Shown: positions 47,003 to 55,800 of the stretch, piece after piece
Layout of the letters: each line of letters opens with the position of its first letter
Position numbering within the stretch: the first letter of the stretch is position 1
IMG/VR virus record: IMGVR_UViG_3300035501_001058
DNA: 64,000 nt
DNA from: an uncultured virus (IMG/VR IMGVR_UViG_3300035501_001058)
Taxonomy: Duplodnaviria > Heunggongvirae > Uroviricota > Caudoviricetes
Direction: 5' to 3' (one strand)
The notes under the pieces: generated by a model
What the model was told of the DNA's origin: nothing
Database searches by the model: none
The model's input: the letters and a program-made list of their open reading frames with translations, nothing else
Program-made: the position numbers and the translations under genes

Positions 47003-48235
47003 ATGACAGTTCAAGAAATGTTTAATAATGGAAGAATAATAGATTGCTGGATCTTGGCAAGATATTATTATCGGGTAGGCTGGGAACCAATTTTTACAGA
47101 CCAAGACTATGATAAAGTCACAGCTGTATTAAAGAAGAAGTGCTATGAAAGAGTTAAAGAATACTTAGAGAGAACTTATGATGATGACCCTGTACCAGAG
47201 AGATTGCTTAAAGAAGTTGGTAAAGAGCCAGTAGAGTTTACAAATTTTGCTGATAGATTGCAATATGCTAATGCACTAGATGAAGATAAATCTTTATCTA
47301 TTAATAGTGTAACTTCATACGAAGAAGCATTTGAATTTTGTAAAGATAAAAAAGCACAGGGACTAGATTTGGTAGCGTCGCTTAAAATGGATGGTGTAAA
47401 TCATAAAGATTTATATGTGAAAGATAGACTTAAGATATCTATGAGTAGAGGAAGAGCTGGTAACGGTTTTGATTATACAGAGCAGATATATAATTGTTTA
47501 CCTTTTCAGATAACTACAGGTTTAGCAGAACTAAAAATAACAGGTGAGTGCTATGTCACTAAAACTGGTGTAAATTACTTAAGAGATAAATACAGGAATG
47601 ATAAGTATAAAACATCAAAATCAGCAGCTATAAGCATGCTTAGAGTGAAACATGCTAGTGAAGATTATAAATATCTTAGAGCTAAAGTATTTGCTGCAGA
47701 TGGCTTAGATATTACTCTAGAAGGAACATTTAAAAAATTACAAGAAATGGGTTTTGATGTAGTGCCTTATTTAGTAATTAAAAGCTCTGAAATTCCTGAT
47801 AATTTCGATGAATTTAAATCATGGTTTAAAGAAAGCATAATGTTCCCTATCAGAGAAAAACAATTGGAAGACGATATGCCGGCAGATGGTTTAGTTTTAG
47901 AAGTAAATGACTTATTGTGGAATGACTCTATTAATGGACAGTATTCCAATAAACAGCTGGCATGTAAATTTGAATACTGGGGATTTCAGATATATGAAGC
48001 TATAGTCACTGATATAGTAACTACACAGCGTAGAGTCAATAGTTCTATACGTATAAGGATAGAGCCAATGAAAACTGATGATGATTGCACTGCACAATGG
48101 ATAAATGGTTTTAACCCAGAAATTTTATTTAGGAATGATATTAGGGTTGGAACTAAAGTATACTTTGAGCGTAATAGTGGTGCGGTTAATATTCTTATAC
48201 ATGGTAAGAGATTAAATGAGATAATAAGTGAATAA
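47003..48235 (+). CDS. ligA: Minimal NAD+-dependent DNA ligase
   Basis: Domain Ia YYY...P..TD.DYD; KMDG motif I; SRG..G.G.D.T; ITGE; DGLV; ACKF; OB fold; no Zn finger, HhH or BRCT. Confidence 0.85.
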   Translation: MTVQEMFNNGRIIDCWILARYYYRVGWEPIFTDQDYDKVTAVLKKKCYERVKEYLERTYDDDPVPERLLKEVGKEPVEFTNFADRLQYANALDEDKSLSINSVTSYEEAFEFCKDKKAQGLDLVASLKMDGVNHKDLYVKDRLKISMSRGRAGNGFDYTEQIYNCLPFQITTGLAELKITGECYVTKTGVNYLRDKYRNDKYKTSKSAAISMLRVKHASEDYKYLRAKVFAADGLDITLEGTFKKLQEMGFDVVPYLVIKSSEIPDNFDEFKSWFKESIMFPIREKQLEDDMPADGLVLEVNDLLWNDSINGQYSNKQLACKFEYWGFQIYEAIVTDIVTTQRRVNSSIRIRIEPMKTDDDCTAQWINGFNPEILFRNDIRVGTKVYFERNSGAVNILIHGKRLNEIISE

Positions 48236-48246
48236 GGAGGGGTTGC

Positions 48247-49176
48247 ATGAGCGACAAAATTAATGAGTTGCAAAATTGCAACCCTATTTTTATTACAAAT
48301 ACAAATGATAGTTATGAGGATACTACAATTCTTTTAGATATTTATTTAAATGATAAAAAGAATTATGAATATTATTATGATGTAGAAAGACTATTAAAGC
48401 AGTATAAAAGCTTGTGTTGTCTATATACTGAAATAAGTAATGCAGATTTAGACATGAATATGTTTACACAAAGGTTCAATGATTTACTTAATGAGTTAGA
48501 AAATAGCACAGATGATTCAGCATTTTGGAGAAATATTAACATACTAGATAATCTTATTTTAAAAGTATCATCTGTTAGAGAATGCAGACAACTGATCATG
48601 ATAAATCTTAATAAAATACTTACATTATTGAAAACAGCAAGTGTTAAAGCAAAAGAAGTGAATTCAACAGATTTTTTCAAATGGCAAATAGTGTACTATT
48701 ATGTTTCAAATAAGTTTAAAGAGAATTCATCAGTCTCAGATGAAGCATTATTTACTGAGATTTTAAAAAGATGCTTTTCTTTTGAAAAACCAGATGTAGA
48801 GATATTTATACTTTTATCTACTTATAAGAATTGCAACAAATTTGATTTAACTTGGCAAGATTTACTTAGTTTATTTGACAAAGAAAAATCTAAAAATTCG
48901 TTAGATAATTTCTGGATTTATATTCCTTATGTATTGAAATATAAGTTAATTATAAGAAATGAACTCTTTCAATTTAATGGAGATAAGTTATATGATAATT
49001 GGTTCTCATATTGTCTAAGTGAGAGCTTTATGCAGGAGTGTATAGGTGCAAGTGACACGCAAATAAAAGTGCTATTAGAAAATCAGATAGCTTCTTTTAA
49101 TGATAATGATATATTCACGTATGATAGTTCAAAATTAATAAACAAAGTTTTAAAGGAAAGGAGAGTTACTAAATGA
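48247..49176 (+). CDS. Hypothetical protein
   Basis: AAGGAGG RBS. Confidence 0.75.
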   Translation: MSDKINELQNCNPIFITNTNDSYEDTTILLDIYLNDKKNYEYYYDVERLLKQYKSLCCLYTEISNADLDMNMFTQRFNDLLNELENSTDDSAFWRNINILDNLILKVSSVRECRQLIMINLNKILTLLKTASVKAKEVNSTDFFKWQIVYYYVSNKFKENSSVSDEALFTEILKRCFSFEKPDVEIFILLSTYKNCNKFDLTWQDLLSLFDKEKSKNSLDNFWIYIPYVLKYKLIIRNELFQFNGDKLYDNWFSYCLSESFMQECIGASDTQIKVLLENQIASFNDNDIFTYDSSKLINKVLKERRVTK

Positions 49177-49379
49177 TACGAAAAAAAGTTGGTACAACGA
49201 TAGCAGATTTGAAATGTATTGATATACCTAATGGCACAAATAGGTTTTATATCAATAAAGCTAGTTTAAATAGGAGTGACCCTTTCGATACCCCATTAGA
49301 TAGTAATATAACTAGCTCTAGAGAAATAAATAATATGAATGTTTTTGGAGGTGATCAAAATGATGTGCATGCTAACTGA
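49173..49379 (+). CDS. Small hypothetical protein
   Basis: ATGA overlap, AAGGAG RBS. Confidence 0.65.
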   Translation: MIRKKVGTTIADLKCIDIPNGTNRFYINKASLNRSDPFDTPLDSNITSSREINNMNVFGGDQNDVHAN

Positions 49380-49644
49380 TGGATATAATATAACTAGGGT
49401 ACATGGAGAACCTGACATTTATTTAGAAAATAACGATTTTGTGAAATTTTTACATAATCCCGGTATGGTTATAGAAATTATTGACTACTTAGGAAGAGAG
49501 AAATTTCCTAGGGGTATACTTGTTGGAAGACTAGGTAGTAAGGAAGATGATATTTTTGTTGAGCATTCAAAAAATATAAAAATTTCAGCAGACGATAAAC
49601 GAAAGGAGTTACATTTCTATGAAATTATTAATGGAGCTATTTGA
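49360..49644 (+). CDS. Hypothetical protein
   Basis: GGAGGTG RBS before ATG 49360. Confidence 0.7.
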   Translation: MMCMLTDGYNITRVHGEPDIYLENNDFVKFLHNPGMVIEIIDYLGREKFPRGILVGRLGSKEDDIFVEHSKNIKISADDKRKELHFYEIINGAI

Positions 49645-49864
49645 TTATGCAAGTAAGTTAACTCCTTCAAAAATAGATAAACAATTAATTAGATATGAAA
49701 GCGAATCTATAAGTTCAGACATGTTAATAGCACATGTTAAATATTGTATAGAAACAGGAGATAGGTCTGATTATGAATTAGTATGCAAACTTCTTGAGAA
49801 AAAATATGGTTTTTATGAGGTAAGTATACTAATTAGGCAACTAAAACAGGTAGCTAAAAAATAA
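49619..49864 (+). CDS. Hypothetical protein
   Basis: Overlapping ORF immediately upstream of the RNAP gene. Confidence 0.65.
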   Translation: MKLLMELFDYASKLTPSKIDKQLIRYESESISSDMLIAHVKYCIETGDRSDYELVCKLLEKKYGFYEVSILIRQLKQVAKK

Positions 49865-49881
49865 AACACCGGAGGTAAGAA

Positions 49882-52800
49882 ATGAGTAATATTAACATTA
49901 TGGATAAGCAAAGAGCTGCTTATCAGGAATTACTGGATAGATTAATACCGGAATGGTTAAATAGTGCTGGTTACACAAAAGATAATAGATATAAAGTTTC
50001 GTTTAAAATGTATCCTATAGATACCATAAATTATATTGAAGAAGGCGGAACTATTTTCACTATACTCAAAACTTTCTGCACAATAAAAGATCTGTATACA
50101 GATGAACAGCAAGAAATTATAATAGATCTTTTAAAGATTCCTGTATTTCAAGAGCTTGGATTTAAAATAAGAGGAAATTATCGTCAGGTATTGGATTTGT
50201 ACGATAAACCAGCTGGTTGGTCTTTTAAGCAGGAAACTAGGATAGCTAATACTGAGCCTTACCAATACAATGAAGCACGTTTGGTTTCAGCAAATTATAA
50301 AACTATAGTTTTTGTTAAAGATAAGCAGGCACCATATTTTTATTGTTCAAAGAATGTCGGTGATAATAAAACAGAAAAGTCACAGATTCTAATATCAGTA
50401 TTTTTCCGTGCTCTCACTGGTTATACAAATGCGGAATTGCTGGAATTATTTGGTTATGATAACCCATATAATACATTAACTTTTTCTGACAATGAGTATA
50501 TAGCAACAAGTAACGCAAGTAGGAAAAATATTAAGTCTTGTAAAACCCGTTCCGATTGTATAGAAATGTTATATAATGCTTTGTTTAGCCATACTGAAGA
50601 GATGAACATAGAAGAGAAATTACATAATGTAAAGAATTGGTTTTTTAAGAAATCATACTTAGATCTTGGAGCAGGAAATGGTAAGAGATTTGAATACATA
50701 CAATCATTTAAGAATCGTGCATTAAATAGAACCTTAGCCGAGGATGTACAATTGCTTGATGAATTATTACAATCTGGTACAACCTTGACTGCAGATACAT
50801 TAGACAAGATTGATAATTCTCCGGTGACTTGTATTAAAGTTAATTATGATGGAAAAGTGCATAGCCTAATGAAATTTTCTACACTTACATTTAGGGCTTT
50901 AGGATACACTTTAGTAGAAGACGTAAATGTTGAAAATGGTATTATAAAAGCAGGTACAAAATTAACAATTACTGATTTAAAGGAATTAAATGAATCTAAT
51001 CTAGATAAAATAACAGTAACAGCTGGTAAATCTAATAAAGATGCCAAAATTATTATGGCAAGAACAGTTGATGCATCAGTACTTACAATAGAAGATTTAT
51101 TTACTGCATACAGTATATTTGCTAATAATATTAATGGGTATGATTATGTAAGTGATATTGATGAGTTGACTGATAAAATTGTTGTGCCGCTTGACAAAAA
51201 AGTTTTATCCAGATTAAGTACAAATATTAATAATTTTATTAATAAACTTAATGTGCGATTAGATTTACTTAAACATAAAGATTCTGGAAGGATAATTGAT
51301 GCACTGACTGATTTCAGTGATGCAATTAATAAGGACGGTTTACTCTCTGATTTAGCTAATGTCGATACAAAAGAATCTCAGATGTCTGATATAAATAATG
51401 TCATGTCATTTATTGCAAAAGATTTTAAAGTAACAAATCAGAGTGGTGGAAAAAATGCTACTGATAGCTTAATTGGTGTACATGGCTTAGAGTTTGGTCG
51501 TCTAGACCCTTATGATTCACCAGAATCTGGAAAAATAGGCATAGTTCATCATAGAACATTATTAGCGAAAGAGGACGAAGATGGCTATTTAACTGTACCT
51601 TACACAGCAGTATCTAATGGAGAAATACTTGATAGAGTTGATTATTTATCAGCTACTGATGAAAAAGATTTATATATTGCTGCTTGGGATGAAACTTTTT
51701 TAAACGAAGATGGTACTAAGAAAGACAGAGTGTTGTGTAGATATAAAGGTGAATTGACAAATGTAGATGTTTCTGCTGTACATTATAAGGAATATAGCTC
51801 ACTACAGAATTTATCTCCTACAACAGCAAGTATACCTTTCTTAAATTTTGCAGCCGGTAAACGTTTACAAATGTCTGATAATCAGATAAAGCAGGCAGTA
51901 AATACGCCTGGAGCAGAAAGAGCACGTGTGTGTACAGGTGTAGAAAGCTTGTTAAATACAGGTGTATATCGGGCAAAAGAGATACTTAGTAATTATTATA
52001 ATGAGCAAGTTTATAATGTGCCAGAAATAGCTTCTTACAAAGAGCAGATTTTAAATAGTGATTTGCAGTTGATAAGAATTAATTCTGAAAAAGAATTACG
52101 AAAACTAACTATGTTAGTAGTTGAAGCAACTAAGCTTAATTTGGAAAACCTTGTTGTTGAAACTTCTATTTCAATACCTTTTGCTCAGCATACTATGAAG
52201 AGTGATATGTTTTCATATAGAATTAATGCAGGTACAGGCGGTCTATACAGTTGTAATGACATAGTTGCATATAATACATCATATGATATGACAGATTATA
52301 ATATTGATGGTGTAATTAACTATGGTGATTACAAAATAGATGACGAGCAATTAAAGGGAAGTTTAGCCCTTGGTCATAATTATTGTGTCGCATTTAAAAC
52401 AATGGAAAGCTCTTCCATTGATGATGGTATTGTTATTTCATCAGCTATTGTTGCAGATGATACAATAACATCGATAATGATTTATAAAGAGTCTGTAGAA
52501 TTATTTGATAAAGATACGGAATCTTTTGAGGCACCTAGAGAGAAAGCAAATGGCCAGGTTATAGAACGTTTTAATGAAAATGGGTTACCTAAAATTGGCA
52601 CATACTTGTACCCTGGTGATATTGTAGTATGGAAAAAGATTATAAAAACTGGACCTGTTAAAGGTGAACATTCTTCTGAGAGATTTGAACCTAAATCATT
52701 AGGAAAATACACAGAAGGTCAAGTTATACATACTGCTATTGTAAAGAAAAGTGATGGAAAGGTTGTTGCAGAGGTATACTTAGCTTATAGAGCTTCTGGT

Positions 52801-55800
52801 GAAGTGGCAGATAAATTTGCTGGAAGAATAGGTAATAAGGGTGTTGTTGCAAAAATTATTCCAGAAGAAATGATGCCATATGACCCAGAAACAGGTAGAA
52901 CAGTTGATTTCATTTTAAATCCTTTAGGAGTTCCTAGTAGAATGAATATTACACAGTTGCTTGAGGTTACTCTTGCAGCGGCAGCTACTAAGAACAATGA
53001 AATAGCTATAGTAAGTCCTTTTCACCCAGATAGTTTATCTTATGTAATTGAAAAAGCTGGACAGGCTAATATACATCCTAAAAAATTAATTGATGGAAGA
53101 ACAGGTGAATACTTTGAGCGAGAAATCAATGTAGGATACCAATATATGTATAAGCTTGTGCATATGGCAAGAAAGAATATACATGCTGTTGGTTTACATC
53201 ATGGTGTTAATGCTGTTACTTTACAAGCTAAATCTTCCGCAAAGTTAAATGGTGGTCAGAGTATCGGTGAAATGGAATCTTGGTGTTTTGAGGGTGTAGG
53301 AGCTAATAAGGTATTACAGGAGCTACAATCTACTCTTTCTGATGATAGAGATGCAAGAAAGGAATTAGAGGGTACTATTAATCGTAATCCTTATTACATA
53401 AATGTAAAAGGTACAAATCATAATGATGTTATGATGACTACATTATTGCGATTGCTTGGGTGTGAGGTAACTAATGGTATCGATGCTAGTGGTGAGACAT
53501 ATTACGAGTTTAATCCTTTAACGGATAAATTTATAAAGTCATTTTGTCCTAAAAGTGTAGGAAAAGATAGCTTACATAATGTAGATGTATTTGGAAGTAA
53601 TACTCCACAATCTAAGATGGATGATAGATACAAATGGGGTTGGATAGATTTAAACACTGAAATCGTTCACCCTATTTGGATAGAGAGAGGAAATCTATCT
53701 AAGCTATTTCTAGTATCTACAGCAAAAGAGGTTAAAGATAAAACATTTACACCTCCTGCTCAGTGGGATAAAAATAATATAACAGAAGAAGAATGCAGGA
53801 TACAATGGAAAAAGGTATGTGGTGCAGGAAAATGGCTTTTAAGAGATATTAAAGACTGTAAATTATATGTCCGTTGCATTGAAGGCGATAACATGTCTAT
53901 ACTTTACACTATAAGGAATGATGAGAAATCATCGTTTGCTTTTGATTTTCTCTCTGATGAAGGTAAGCAACATTACAAAACAGGTTTTGAAGCTATTAGT
54001 TATATATTTACCCATTATGATCTTAATAATGCATTATCTGAACTTAGTGCTATTATTAATAAACGTGATATTAATGCACGTGAATTATCGTATGAGGAAT
54101 TAAAGGCTATTAGAAATGGAAGTAGCTTTGCAGAAGTAAGAGCAAATACACTGCAAGAAGCTATGAGTGATAAAATAGATGATTATGATTATAATGATCC
54201 AACAGCAGCTTATAATTATAAGGAAGCTAACTCTACTTTAATAAAGAATAAGAGTAGATATAATTATATTAAAGAGTTTATTGCCTCTGGATCACGGTTA
54301 TCTGATTATCTTATTACATCATATCCTGTAATGCCTGCAATTTATAGACCAACTCTTGATAACGACATCAGAAGTATTAATGACTTTGATGCAAGATACT
54401 GTGAAATACTAGAGCAGGCCTCAAAGGTTAATGATGTAGAATCGCAATCATCAAGATTAGCTGTATACAACGCAATTAGTGATTTTGTAGGTATAAATTC
54501 TAATGCTACATCTGGTAAGAAATCTTACGCAACTGTTTTATCATGGTTTACTGGAAAAGATCAGAAATCTTCTAATGCAAAACATCATGGAAAAATAAGA
54601 GAAACTGTACAGAAGAAGATTGTTGGTAGATCTGGAAGATCAATCATTATCCCTTCTGATGATCCTAAAAGAGGACCAATGTATATTGGTTTACCTTTTA
54701 CAATGGCTACTGATATGTATGCTGAGCAATTACGTGTACATTTAGAAAATTATATTGTGGAAAGACCAGAAGAATTAAAGCTTACGGTAAAGGATTATCG
54801 TATGTTATTCTTAGCTCTTTCTACAGATAACACTGCAAAATTTATAGAGATTTATAATAGTACTTTTGCACCTTTTTATCAGATGCAATGGTATAAAGCA
54901 AAACAAAAATTTATGCAGTGGATAACTGAGTTTGTAGAGGGAACAGATGGAAAACCTATAGGACCAAATGGAATGGTTTTAGAACCACAGGTTGTACTTT
55001 TTGGTAGACAGCCTTCTCTTCATAGATACAGTATCAGAGCTTTTTATCCAAAAATTGTTTTTACAAAAGCTTTACAAGTGCACCCTATTGTGTGTAGTGG
55101 ATACAATGCTGACTTTGATGGTGACCAGATGTGGGTTGTTGCTTTGATATCAGAAGAAGCTAAAAGTGAAGCTATTGAGAAAATGAGTGCTAAATCTGAC
55201 ATAGTAAATCCAAAAAATGGCGAGATAATTTTGACGCATAGTCAGGATATCGCATTGGGATTATATGTAATGACCATGCTAAAGGACAATAAGTTAGAAT
55301 TAGAGGATAAAGCTATAAAATACTATTATAGTAGTATAGATTTATTGAAGTCTGACATACTTGATGGAATAATACATTCATGGGATTTAGTAGCATACAC
55401 AGAAGACTCTAAACATTTTGTCAGTACAGCAGGTAGAATTTTATTTAACTCTATAATCCCTGGAGGATTTTCTGCAGAGAATGGAACATTTACAAATAAA
55501 TGGGGTATAGATATTAGGAAGCCAGAACGCTATGCTGAATTACTATATGATGGATTAATTACATCTGGTAAAAGTGCTGATAATTACAAATCTTTTAAAT
55601 TATCAAAGATTTGTAAGGATTTGTATGATAGATGTATTGATGACGATTGGTTTAAAAATATGTATGGTACAGCAGGACTTTTAGATGTATATCAGAATTT
55701 AACAGAGATTGGATTTAAAATGTCTGACCGTCATTCTGTTTCTATTTCTATCTTTGACCTAAAGGCAATTAGCGATAAATCAAATAAGAAAGAGATTCTT

